In this document: in pieces, positions 54,590 to 64,000 of the stretch
Layout: each line of letters begins with the position of its first letter
Position numbering within the stretch: position 1 is the first letter of the stretch
Notes under the pieces: generated by a model
Databases searched by the model: none
What the model was told of the DNA's origin: nothing
The model's input: the letters and a program-made list of their open reading frames with translations, nothing else
NCBI GenBank assembly: GCA_963829055.1
Contig: CAWHHI010000004.1
Span: 448,001 to 512,000, forward strand
Origin: an uncultured Gemmatimonadaceae bacterium
GTDB taxonomy: Bacteria; Gemmatimonadota; Gemmatimonadetes; Gemmatimonadales; Gemmatimonadaceae
Reading direction: 5' to 3'
DNA length: 64,000 bases
Position numbers and translations under genes: made by a program

Positions 54590-55282
54590 TCAGCTGAAGA
54601 ACTCCACGAGCGACGCGGCAATGCGGTCGATCGACGCTTTCTCGAACGCGTGCGGCGTTCGCGGGTGCACCTCGAGCTCGCCATTCGCGAGCTGGCGAAC
54701 CGCTGCGATGCACTCGTCGAGCGTCACCGTCGCATCGCGGTCGCCGACACCGATACGCACCGGCTGCGTGACCGAAGCGAGAAGCTCGGGAGTGATGAGT
54801 GGACGCGTCCCGAGCTCGCGCAATAGCTCCACCGTGTGCGCGAGCAGCGTTTCCCAGCCAGCCGCCGTGTGACGCGCCTCCAGCGCGGCCGCGAACTTCG
54901 GGACCTTCGCGCGGATCGTCGCCGCATCGAGCATTGCCGTTTCCCGCGCGGCGACCTCGGGCGTCCACGCGAGCTTCGTCGCGAGCGTCGCTACACGCGC
55001 GATACGATCGGGCGCGGTCGCGGCCAGGAAGAGCGCGACGTAGCCGCCCATGCTGTAGCCGAAGAAGTCCGCGCGGGAGATGCCGCGCCGGTCCATCTCG
55101 TCCACGACTGTCGCAGCGAACGATTCGATCCGGAGCGGGCGACCGCGCAGTGGCGTCGTCCCATGTCCCTCGAGCTCGAGCACCGTGACGCGTCGCGCTC
55201 CGCTCAGTCGGGCGGCGAGCGGGGCGAGCTGCGTGGCGTCACCGAGCGCGCCATGCAACAGGATCAGGTCCGTGTCTGCCAT
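54590..55282 (-). CDS. Alpha/beta hydrolase
   Basis: LLHGALG, GHG, FGYSMGG, VGDRD, TPHAFE. Confidence 0.88.
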   Translation of the reverse strand: MADTDLILLHGALGDATQLAPLAARLSGARRVTVLELEGHGTTPLRGRPLRIESFAATVVDEMDRRGISRADFFGYSMGGYVALFLAATAPDRIARVATLATKLAWTPEVAARETAMLDAATIRAKVPKFAAALEARHTAAGWETLLAHTVELLRELGTRPLITPELLASVTQPVRIGVGDRDATVTLDECIAAVRQLANGELEVHPRTPHAFEKASIDRIAASLVEFFS

Positions 55283-55412
55283 GACGGCGTGTCGAATGTG
55301 GAGTGCGGGTGCCTAACGACGATCGGCCGACGGCTGCGGCCGTGCCGGTTCGTGGCAGCGTGTCTGTTCGCCTGCTGGTGTGCGCGCCGGCGTCCGTGGC
55401 GCGCAACGTCGG

Positions 55413-56021
55413 TCAGCGGCCGACGGACCCGCGCCGGCTCGCCGACGCGGACTGGCGCGGCATCGCCGTGTTCTTGTAGCGCGACGGTAGCACCGCGATG
55501 TGGAAATGCGGTGGGCGCCGCTCCTCGGTCGCCTCGATGACGCCACGATTCTCCGCCGTGAGCAGCGTGCGACGGAGCCACGTCAGGCAGCGCCCCGATG
55601 GCTTGCGCAGATCGATCGCGATCCCAGCCGGATGCACCGTCAACGACGAGCTGTTCACAAGCTTCCGCGACATGGGCCGCGTCGCGCTCGTGACGACCAT
55701 CGGCTCGCGGCACGCGCGCTTGTAGTCAGCCGCGAGCTGGATCACGAACGACCGCGTTTCCGGCCGAACGTATGGCGTCCGCACGTTTGCCACGGTGTAG
55801 TTCGCGTTGCCGTTGAGCCGTACCAGCTCTCCGCGGACGACCGCCCGCTTGAGCTGCGTATTCGTCTCGTAGAAGTCGAGCCCACCGCGGACCGCGCGTC
55901 GATACATGAGACTCACGCTGGCGTGAGACCCACGGAGCGATTGGGCGGATAGCGGCGCGACCGCGGTGACGAGCGACGCGGAAGCGAGCGCGATGATGGC
56001 GAGGCGAGACGAAGACTTCAC
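55413..56021 (-). CDS. DUF5715-like secreted protein (M15/MepA-type fold)
   Basis: Signal peptide; VTSATRP, SLTVHPAGIAIDLR, ATEERRPPHFHIAV. Confidence 0.72.
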   Translation of the reverse strand: MKSSSRLAIIALASASLVTAVAPLSAQSLRGSHASVSLMYRRAVRGGLDFYETNTQLKRAVVRGELVRLNGNANYTVANVRTPYVRPETRSFVIQLAADYKRACREPMVVTSATRPMSRKLVNSSSLTVHPAGIAIDLRKPSGRCLTWLRRTLLTAENRGVIEATEERRPPHFHIAVLPSRYKNTAMPRQSASASRRGSVGR

Positions 56022-56156
56022 GGCAGAGACGACGGTGAAACGTGGAGAACGTGAAGAAACGCAGCAAGGGGAATGAACCGGGGCCGCGCGAGCGATGCTT
56101 GCGGCCCCTGTGAAAGGACGACGAAGCGCGCCTTGGCGTCAGCGCGCCAGGAGCGA

Positions 56157-56622
56157 TCAGCGGTGAGCGTAGACTTTCGTCTTGCCCGCCTTGTCGAACG
56201 CAGACGACGTCGTATTTCTCGGCCGTGCCGCCCTCCATTCCTGGTGACCCCTGCACCATTCCGGGCACCGCGAGCCCGATGACGTCCTTGGGCGCCTGGG
56301 TGACGAGCTTGTCGACGAGGTCCGCCGGCACGTGGCCCTCGATGATGTAGCCGCCCGTCACGATGGCCGTGTGACATGACGCGAGCGCATCGGGTACGGC
56401 GTACTTCTTCTTGATCGGCGCGACGTCGTCGAGGTCGTGAACCGTGACGGTGTAGCCGCTCTTCTGCATGTGGTCCACCCACTTTTTGCAGCACCCGCAC
56501 GAAGGGCGTCTTGTAGACGGTGGCTTTTTCGCTGGCACGAGCGCGAACAGCCGCGTCGCGCTCGTCGTGCCGAGTGCGAGTCCACCAGCGGTGATACGAA
56601 GCCAATCGCGGCGGGAGATCAT
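56157..56622 (-). CDS. DUF411 metal-binding protein with Tat-like signal (frameshifted)
   Basis: SRRDWLR; PSCGCCKKWVDHM, SCHTA, IEGHVPA, GLAVPGM..GSPGME. Confidence 0.85.
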
Positions 56623-56687
56623 CGGTCCTCCGAAGATGTATTAGAATGCCTGAACCGGCAACGCGTACGCGTCGGCCGGGTTGCGGT

Positions 56688-57377
56688 TCAGGGACATGCA
56701 CAATAAACGGGGTGGCCCCGCGGAGCTACCCGGCTGGTACCGATCTCGTTGCCGTCAAAGGTCCGCGACGAGCTGCGGCGAGTGACTCGCGTCGGTCGAG
56801 CTCGGCCGAGGTGACGATTCTGGAGAAAGTACACATGGCCGGCGAACAGTGAACCGACGGCGATCGCGCGCCACTCCGAATTCCGGGATGTACTGCGACG
56901 CGCACTGACGAAACCGGACGCACCGCCTCGCTCCGTTCCCGTGGCAGAGGACCGGCTCGAACAGGAACTCGTCACCGCCCCGTCGAAACAGAATCCACGC
57001 GTGCCGACTGTTCTCGGACTGCCGGCGGCACTCGGCGCCCGATCACGAGATCGGCGTCGATTCCGATCTCGATCAGCTTGCGCCACGCCCATAGCGCGAA
57101 GTCCTCGCAGTCGCCGCGCCGCAACTGCTCGAACGTGTGTGGGTGCTGCCAGTAGTCCGACTCGCGGAAGAGGCTCGCGTCGCTCTCGTAGCTGACAGTC
57201 TGCCAGCCATGCGAGGATGTCGTCGAACGTCGACACCGCGCACTCGGTCTGGCCCTCGAAGACCCAATCGAAGCCGTGCCGTGCGCCGTCACCGAACGCC
57301 GCCAGCGGCGCCTCGTATGGGAGGCGCATCCACGGATCACGCACAGGGAAGAGACGCAGCCGCAGCTGGTGCAGCAA
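56688..57377 (-). CDS. Transglutaminase-like cysteine peptidase domain protein (frameshifted; end approximate)
   Basis: DYWQHP..FEQLRRGDCEDFALWAWRKL, HAWI. Confidence 0.65.
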   Translation of the reverse strand: MLHQLRLRLFPVRDPWMRLPYEAPLAAFGDGARHGFDWVFEGQTECAVSTFDDILAWLADCQLRERREPLPRVGLLAAPTHVRAVAARRLRGLRAMGVAQADRDRNRRRSRDRAPSAAGSPRTVGTRGFCFDGAVTSSCSSRSSATGTERGGASGFVSARRSTSRNSEWRAIAVGSLFAGHVYFLQNRHLGRARPTRVTRRSSSRTFDGNEIGTSRVAPRGHPVYCACP

Positions 57378-57419
57378 CGCGGCGGAACGGCGCGAACAGC
57401 GCGGCCGCGCCCCGCAGAC

Positions 57420-57683
57420 TCACCTCGCGCCGGCGCCAGCCGCGATGGACTCGGACCGGCGCAACTGTTCGCGGAGATCCCACACGGTGGAGTCGCGCGA
57501 GTCCTTCGGCGCGAACGTGTACCGCTTCTGTTCGCCGCTGTCGCTGACGAACAAGCGGTAGTGAACGGTGGTCCCGGTCGCGGCGGTCTCGGTGAGGTCC
57601 TTGTGCTTCCATCGCTCGCCGGACTCGGTGTGGAACGCAACCCACCCCTCGGCCAGCGGCTCGAGCTTGTCTCGCTTGTTCAT
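57420..57683 (-). CDS. Hypothetical protein
   Basis: 87-aa ORF with GGAGG RBS. Confidence 0.6.
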   Translation of the reverse strand: MNKRDKLEPLAEGWVAFHTESGERWKHKDLTETAATGTTVHYRLFVSDSGEQKRYTFAPKDSRDSTVWDLREQLRRSESIAAGAGAR

Positions 57684-57805
57684 GTCGGTGCCTCCAAGCG
57701 TGACGGACGTGACAGCAGCGTCGCCGTCGTCTGAGGATAACGACGGCTCCGGCGCGTGTCGAGCGCGGCGGCTCGGGCTCGGGACCTACGGCTGCGCGGG
57801 TCGCC

Positions 57806-58693
57806 TCACAGTGCGAGCGCACTCGGTACGGGCGGATCTACCGAGTGGTCGTAGAAGCCGCGCCCAGCTTTGCGGCCCAGATGCCCCGCGCGCACGAGCC
57901 GACGGAGCAGCGGCGGCGGGGCGAACCGTTGTTCGCGGTATTCGTCGAACATCACCTCGGCGACGCGCTCCACCGTATCCAGGCCGACGAAGTCGAGCAG
58001 CGTGAACGGGCCCATCGGGTGGCCCGCGCCCAGTTGCATACCAGCGTCGATGTCCGTGATCGTCCCGACGCCGTTCTCGAGCGCCCGGATGGCGTCGAGC
58101 ATGTAGGGTATGAGCAGTCGGTTGACGACGAAGCCGGAACTGTCGCGCGCAACGACCGGCTGTTTCCCTAGTTGGCCGCACGAGCGTCATTGCGCGATCG
58201 AACGTCGCGTCGCTCGTCGTGATGTGTGCGAACGACTTCGACGAGCCGCATGAGCGGCACGGGATTGAAGAAGTGCAGCCCGACGAGACGATCCGGCCGG
58301 CCGCTCGCGGTCGCCATCGCCGCGATCGTCAGGCTGGACGTGTTCGACGCGAAGATCGTGTCGGCGGCGCAGTGTGCGTGCAGCTCGCGCCACAGCGCAT
58401 TCTTGACGTCGAGGTCTTCGACGACCGCCTCGATGACGACGTCGCAGGCGGCCAGGTCATCGAGGCGGGTCGTCGTCGTTAGGCGCGACAGGGCGGCGTC
58501 GCGAGCGTCTGCGGTGAGCTTGCCCTTCTCGATGCTCTTGTCCAGCGACCGTGTGATGTTCGCACGGCGCGCGTGCAGCAATGGCTCGGTCAGCTCACGA
58601 AGCGTGGTCGTCGAGGCCGGCCTGCGCTGCCACCTGCGCGATGCCGCTCCCCATGAGCCCCCCGCCGACCACGCCGACCCTGGCGATCGACAT
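57806..58693 (-). CDS. hbd: 3-hydroxybutyryl-CoA dehydrogenase (frameshifted)
   Basis: GVVGGGLMGSGIAQ, VIEAVVED, FASNTSSL, GLHFFNPVP, GFVVNRLL, HPMGPFTLLDFVGLD, LGRKAGRGFY. Confidence 0.9.
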
Positions 58694-58725
58694 GCGCTCG
58701 GCGTTCGGACCGATCGCCGGTGTCG

Positions 58726-59567
58726 TCACCGATTGATGACCGACGACAGCACGTCGAACAGCGACTTGTTGCGAGGAGGCTCGCCGTGCTCCAGGCGATC
58801 GAGCGCCTGTTCGAGCGCGAGCTGCGCACGCTCCACGTTCGAGCGATACGACTTCGCGACGGCGGCGAATCCCGCGCCACCTATCGCGGCCCAGACGCCG
58901 CCGATCACCAGGGCGATCGGCATCGACGATCCAGGCATCATCGCCGCCACGGTGACGAGCCCGCCGCCGCCGACCAGGCCTGCACTCGCGATCGCGCCGC
59001 CGCCGATCACACTGCGGTGTCGCGTCTCGCCGAACGATGCGTCGAGGCGGACGAGCACGCGCGCGTCGTCGACGGGGACCACCGTCGCGCCAACCTCATC
59101 CGCGCGCGCGAGCGCGTAGCTTCGGCCTCCGACGCCGAATCCGCGCTTGATGCTGCCGACGAATGTCGCGACTCGCCTCCCAGGTGACACGCTCGGTGAA
59201 CCGACGGCGGACGCGAAGCGACTCATCGCTCTGCATGTAGCGGTCGATACGAGCGAGCACGTCAGCCTGCGAACCGGTGATCACGCGCTGCGCCCACGCC
59301 GACGTCGGGCCGAATACGCCGGATGACACGCCCTGCGGGCTCGGTCACGGCGACACGCGTCGCTTCCTCGGCGATGGCCTGCCTAACGTGTTCCGGCGAG
59401 AGCCCGACTTCCTTGCCCAGCTCGACGAGCTGGTCCTCGGTCATCGATTCTGTGGCGTCGCCGACTCCCGCCTGCAACTCGCTGGCGCGCGCGAGCACAC
59501 GCTCGAGCGCGGCGCGGTCGAGCGAGCGGCCCGGAGGAGGAGTTGGTTTGTCAGGCAAGTCAGTCAT
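58726..59567 (-). CDS. Hypothetical membrane protein (frameshifted)
   Basis: ALERVLARASELQ...LVELGKEVGLSPEHVRQAIAE; two C-terminal TM helices. Confidence 0.6.
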
Positions 59568-59590
59568 AGAGCCATCGTCTCAAACGGCGA

Positions 59591-59698
59591 TTGTCATCCC
59601 GAGGAGCGCCAGCGACGAGGGATCTTCCGTGAGATCATCGTACCCGGACTAGCCACGCGAATTGTACAGAAGATCCCTCGCTGTCGCTCGGGATGACA
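59591..59698. repeat. TGTCATCCCGAG element (full copy)
   Basis: ttgtcatcccgaggagcgccagcgacgagggatctt ... aagatccctcgctgtcgctcgggatgacaa. Confidence 0.9.
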
Positions 59699-59718
59699 AC
59701 ACGACGAGTCCCTGCATT

Positions 59719-60845
59719 TCAGATTCCACCCATCACGACCTCGATCTGACGCTGGATGCCATCACGTATCGCATCCGGCAGGGGGAATGCCGCGGCGAGC
59801 GCCGCCATCGCGTCGCCGCTCGTGAACGGCACGCGCGCCGATCGCAGGTAGTAGCGCGCGTAGCCATCAGCGAGCTCCGGTGCCGCGCGCTGGAGCATGA
59901 GTCGCGCCACCGCGAACCAGCGCGTTGCTCGCGTAGCGGTCTACCGTGCCGTTTCGCTTGTCCGCGGGACTCGTGTTGTCGTCGATCGCGATCGTCGTCA
60001 CCGAGCTCACGATCTCGTGCACGAACGTGTACAGCGCCTCGCGCGCGTTCGCGGGCGTGTCAGGAAAGTTCACCGTCACGAGACGCGTGCGCTGCCCCAC
60101 GTCGAGCGTCCGCCCTTCGCCGTCGAGCGGTAGCGAGAGCAGGATCGAGCCGCGGTCCGCTCCGGAATTGTTCAGGAACCGCGCGAAGCGCTGGCGGTAC
60201 GTCGTGCGCCACAGCGAGTCGACCACAGCTCGCGCGGCCGAGCGGCGGAGTCTGCTCCTGCGCGCCAGTAGCTCGAGAAGAACTTGACGCGCTCGTCCTC
60301 CACCGCCTGAACGAACAGCCGCAACCACTCGCGATCGGCCGGCGTCGGAAAGTAGCCCGAGAACAGTTGAATGATCTGCTGCGAGTGCAGGTCGCCGGCG
60401 TTGCGGTCGTCGCCGTTGTTCCGCAGGAACAGCTCCGCGCTCTGCCGCGTCTCTTCCCAGGTCCCGAAGTACAGCGGGACGAACTGCGCCGACACGAGAT
60501 TCGGGAACGCGACGAAGCGCGCCGACGAGCTTTCGCGGTTCGACGTCGATCATCGACAGGACGTTCGCGCGCTTACGCGCCGCGACCACGGAATCGCGAT
60601 ACCCGCGGCGGAAGAACGGGACGCGCGTCGAATCGCCCTGGAGCATCGCGAACGCGTGCAGCCAGAGGTCGACGTGCTCGCGCGTGTCGACGATCCATGG
60701 CCCGGCGGCCGGCTGCTGCGCCGGAGCCGGCGCTGGCGGCGGCGCCGGTGTTGCGCCGCCGCCAACAGTGCATGCAGCCCGCGACGGCGACCAGCGCCGC
60801 GGCCAGGCACACAGTGACGCCGGCGATGCGAAGTCGCGGGCGCAC
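59719..60845 (-). CDS. Hypothetical lipoprotein (frameshifted)
   Basis: VAGC lipobox; continuous protein-like segments across frames. Confidence 0.55.
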
Positions 60846-60847
60846 GC

Positions 60848-61637
60848 TTACCTCAACCCGCTGCCCGGCCGCATGTCGTGCAGAACTTCCAGCCGACATC
60901 GAGCTCGGTGCCACACGCCGGGCAGTTCAGGCACCGTGAGGTTCTGACCGCAGTGCGGGCAGATAGGTGATGTTCCGTCCCTCGGGCAGCTCGCCACCGC
61001 AGTAGCGGCAGTCGCCCGACGCGACGATCGAACGCTGTCCGGTGGCGGACGAGCGTCGGTTGCGGGGCGGTGATCGGCGGCGGCGCAGCCGAGCGAGGGG
61101 CAGCGACGCCGGCGCCAGCCATCGCGCGCTCCGGAACGCCTAACGTTGGTCGATCCGCCATCGTAGCCTGCGGCGACCCGACCTGCGGTGCTCGGCCGCC
61201 TGCGGTGCGCCCGTCTGCGGTGGAGCAGCAGCGGCGGGAGCGGGTGCCGAGCTCGGAATCGCGGCGGTGCCTCCGCTGCCGGGACGCCGCAATACGGGCG
61301 AATCGACCGGTCGCGCACCCTCAGGAGCGAGCGACACCATCGTCGTCGCGTACGCCCGGAACTTCGTGAGGTCGGGGTTCGGCGCTTCGATCTCCGAGCG
61401 GAGGTCAGCCTGCATCTGAGGGTCGCCGATCAGATAGCCGCGCTCACCGGACAGGAGACGCAGCAGCGCGTGCTCGTAGTCCTGGTTCGTGTCGAGCTCC
61501 AGCTCGCGCCGGTTATGCCGGTACGGGATGAGCGTCGTGTAGAGCTCGGCAATCTCGAACGGGCGGCCCATCAGATCGGGAAAGCCCGTGCGAATGTTCT
61601 GCACGAGCCGTCGGTACATGCGGTCGAGTTCGTCCAT
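60848..61637 (-). CDS. Protein with C-terminal double zinc ribbon (frameshifted)
   Basis: CRYCG, CPHCGQ, CPACGTELDVGWKFCTTCG. Confidence 0.75.
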
Positions 61638-61814
61638 GCGAGGAAAAGAGGGGATCGTGTTGGCGAAAGGCAAGATCGCCGGAGCCGACGCGACGCACCG
61701 ACCTCACTCGTACAAACGAAGACGGGACGCCGTTCCATCTTCTGGAAGCGGCGTCCCGTGTCGAGCGCAGTCGAGCCGGCGGGCCAGGAGCCGGCGCTGC
61801 GTACTCCGCGAGCG

Positions 61815-61999
61815 TCAGCGACGCTCGGCGGACTCCATCTGCTTGTCGATGTCCGTCGCGGTACTTGCCGCGATTGCTGCCACCGCACGCGATCCACGAC
61901 GCGCTCGACGACATTCTCGTCGTTCTTCTTCGCGTCGTCGAAGCCGTAGAAGTAGCCGATGGAAATTCCGACTACGAGCACGAAAATGAACTTCAACAT
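61815..61999 (-). CDS. Small single-TM hypothetical protein (frameshifted)
   Basis: MLKFIFVLVVGISIGYFYGF then charged tail. Confidence 0.55.
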
Positions 62000-62028
62000 G
62001 GTTGGCGGGATCCCGAGAGGGTCTAGCT

Positions 62029-62689
62029 CTAGAGACGCCCTGTCGAGACCGCCGGTAACGGCGCCGCCGGCTTGAACGACTCGATGCTGCGGAAACGCCA
62101 TCCACCGACATGCGCATTGCGCCACGCTCGCGTTGTGATGCGAGCCACTGATCGAACTGCGAGGGAACGAGTCCGTCGGAGTGACGTCTGCTTCGCCGCG
62201 GCCGACGTCGCGAGGTGGTTCGCGTACTCGTTCTGCGGGTGCCCGTGGTGTCCGCGCACCCACCGCCACTGCACCGCGTGTCCGTTCACGGCATCGACCG
62301 CCGCGTGCCACAGCTCGAGGTTCTCGATCGGGCCGCTCTTCCGCGTCCACCCGCGTTTCGCCCAGTCGCGTACCCACGACTGTCATGCCGTCCACGAGAT
62401 AGCGCGAATCGCTCGTGAACACGACGCTGAACCGCTTGCCCTTTCGAGACAGCATACGAAACGTCTCGATCACCGAGCGCAGCGCCATGCGGTTGTTCGT
62501 CGTCGCGGGCTCCGACACCCACACGTCTCGGCGCACGATCTCCGTGGACTCCGGCCGCATGTACTCGACGAGCGCGCCGGCGCCTCCTGGGTTGTCTCCT
62601 TCGCGACCGTTGCCGAGGCAGGACTCGTCGGCGTAAACGGCGACGAGCGAGCGAGCAGCGGTCTCACCCGATGCTGATGCGCCGCTCAC
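62029..62689 (-). CDS. rnhA: Ribonuclease HI (frameshifted)
   Basis: VYADESCLGN..PGGAG, TTNNRMAL, FTSDSRYLVDG, WRWVRGHHGHPQNEYANHLA. Confidence 0.88.
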
Positions 62690-62902
62690 TTCACGACCTC
62701 GATCGATTGCAGCTCATCGATGAAGAACAGCATGACGTTCCCGCCGGGATGCCGCGCCTGGATCGCCTCGCGGCCTCGCTCGACCAGGAGACGCGTCGGG
62801 CACGATGACGTACTCCGTGCCGCGTCGCATCACCGCGATGCGGCGCTTGTCGATGATCGCGCGCTCGAGCTGATCGTACTGGTCATGTGTCAACTGCGCC
62901 AT
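62686..62902 (-). CDS. Small hypothetical protein (frameshifted)
   Basis: MAQLTHDQYDQLERAIIDKRRIAVMRRGTEYVIVP; overlaps both neighbours. Confidence 0.55.
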
Positions 62903-63882
62903 CGCCGCGTGATCTCCATCTCGAATCCGGTTTGCAGGTGAGGCCGCGCTCGTCGATCTCGACGGGGACGGTGTTGGGCGCGAGCTCCGTTACCGCAGCG
63001 GTCACGCGCGTCGACGTTGTCTTCGCCCGCGATGACAAGCACGCATCCGCCGCCCGACGCGCCGAGCGCCTTGCCGCCGCGTGCGCCGGCCGCGCGCGCT
63101 CTCTCGAGGATCGCAGTCGATGAGCGGCGTGGGAATCGACGGATGCAGTGAGCGCTGATATTGCCAGTGCTCCCCGACGAGCGCGCCGAGGTCGTCGAGA
63201 TCACCTTCGCGCATATCTCGTCGGCCATCGCGCTGGCGAGCGCTTTCATTCGGCCGAGCGCATGCAGCACATGCGCGATCGCGCGCACGATATGCGCCGA
63301 CCACGGCGGTGATCGTGTCGCCCGAGATACGCGACTGTCCGGTGTACACGACAATGCATCGTCGCTCGAGCGATGACTTGACTGCTGGCGAGAGCGACAG
63401 TCGCCGCACGCGCGTGTCGTCGCCGAACGTGAGCGCCAGCGCCCCGCCGTACGCGGCCGCGTAGTGGTCCTGTCTCCCACCGGGGACCGGAGATCCTCGA
63501 CTTCGATCGCGCGGCTCTGTTCCGCGAGCGCGGCACGATCGAGCGGCACACCCCGCCACGCGGCGAGAGCCCCATTCACGGCGACACCGGCGGCCGACGA
63601 CCCGCCCAGCCCTGCGCCGAGCGGAAAGTCGCTCGTGACAGCGACGGTGATCCCCTCGATGCCAGCGCGCCGCACGGCGGCCTCGGCGAGTGCGGTGTCG
63701 GTGGCGCGTCGTGTGTCGATGGACGCCTCGTTGTTCTCAGCCGCGCACACGCGAACGGTCGCGTAGCGGGCGATCGCGATGTTGCAGACGAACCCGCCTT
63801 CCTCCTCGCTGTACGGCGGGACGTCGGTCCAGCCGCCGCCGAAGTCGAGTCGAGTGGGTGCGCGCGCGATGAGGGCGTTCAT
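62890..63882 (-). CDS. GHMP sugar kinase, HddA-like (frameshifted)
   Basis: RAPTRLDFGGGWTDVPPY, PLGAGLGGSSA, GGRQDHYAAAYGG, GGKALGASGGGC. Confidence 0.85.
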   Translation of the reverse strand: MNALIARAPTRLDFGGGWTDVPPYSEEEGGFVCNIAIARYATVRVCAAENNEASIDTRRATDTALAEAAVRRAGIEGITVAVTSDFPLGAGLGGSSAAGVAVNGALAAWRGVPLDRAALAEQSRAIEVEDLRSPVGDRTTTRPRTAGRWRSRSATTRACGDCRSRQQSSHRSSDDALSCTPDSRVSRATRSPPWSAHIVRAIAHVLHALGRMKALASAMADEICAKVISTTSARSSGSTGNISAHCIRRFPRRSSTAILERARAAGARGGKALGASGGGCVLVIAGEDNVDARDRCGNGARAQHRPRRDRRARPHLQTGFEMEITRRWRS

Positions 63883-63956
63883 GACGAGGCGATCTGCGCT
63901 GAGTTCGACTGGCGGGTGAGGGCAGAAACCTAACCGTCCGTCGGAATGAAGCGAGG

Positions 63957-64000
63957 AGTCATTCCGAGCCGGTGTCATTCCGAGCGGAGCCGCGAAGCCA
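63957..64000. repeat. TGTCATTCCGAG-family left arm, cut by window end
   Basis: gtcattccgagccgg-tgtcattccgagcgg. Confidence 0.7.

Noticed and set aside
19559..59698. Palindromic repeats as a CRISPR array
   Set aside because: They are dispersed single elements without repeat-spacer periodicity; no cas genes seen.
871..61145. GTTAGGC as integron attC/attI core (GTTRRRY)
   Set aside because: Copies are mostly intragenic, no GCCTAAC...GTTAGGC pair spans an attC-sized hairpin at gene ends, and no integrase is present.
3..63872. Many long Arg/Ala/Pro-rich ORFs in the six-frame track
   Set aside because: Shadow frames expected at high GC; they overlap better-supported genes.
1..64000. Frameshifts in many genes as pseudogenes or programmed frameshifting
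   Set aside because: They are scattered through conserved genes (EF-G, thyX, rnhA) without other decay; typical of unpolished long-read indel error.

Overview
High-GC (roughly 70% by eye) bacterial chromosomal DNA. The gene repertoire (PadR plus duplicated orphan permease, barrel-less TonB-plug proteins, DUF1800, DUF5715, PorV-like protein) suggests a Gemmatimonadota-like organism (inference). Many genes are split across frames by small indels, which I read as uncorrected long-read error, so many boundaries are approximate. About 55 genes are present: EF-G paralogue, ThyX, RNase HI, an operon of two Ddl-like ATP-grasp ligases + GNAT + lysine 2,3-aminomutase, an operon of coiled-coil protein + OmpA-domain protein + Rab-like small GTPase + PP2C phosphatase, and a ~17 kb tryptophan/indole-to-anthraniloyl-CoA catabolic cluster (kynureninase-like enzyme, SNF transporter, split ThDP decarboxylase, isatin-hydrolase-like cyclase, cupin, AbmA, hydratase, acyl-CoA dehydrogenase, CoA ligase, RidA). 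No rRNA, tRNA, CRISPR, integrase or transposase was recognised. The most unusual signals lie outside the gene list: (1) a dispersed, over-represented non-palindromic motif (C)GTTAGGC, about 30 copies, mostly inside genes, with an apparent orientation switch near 41 kb; (2) heptamer-based inverted-repeat elements inserted inside protein-coding genes; (3) three further palindromic repeat families, two of them nested.
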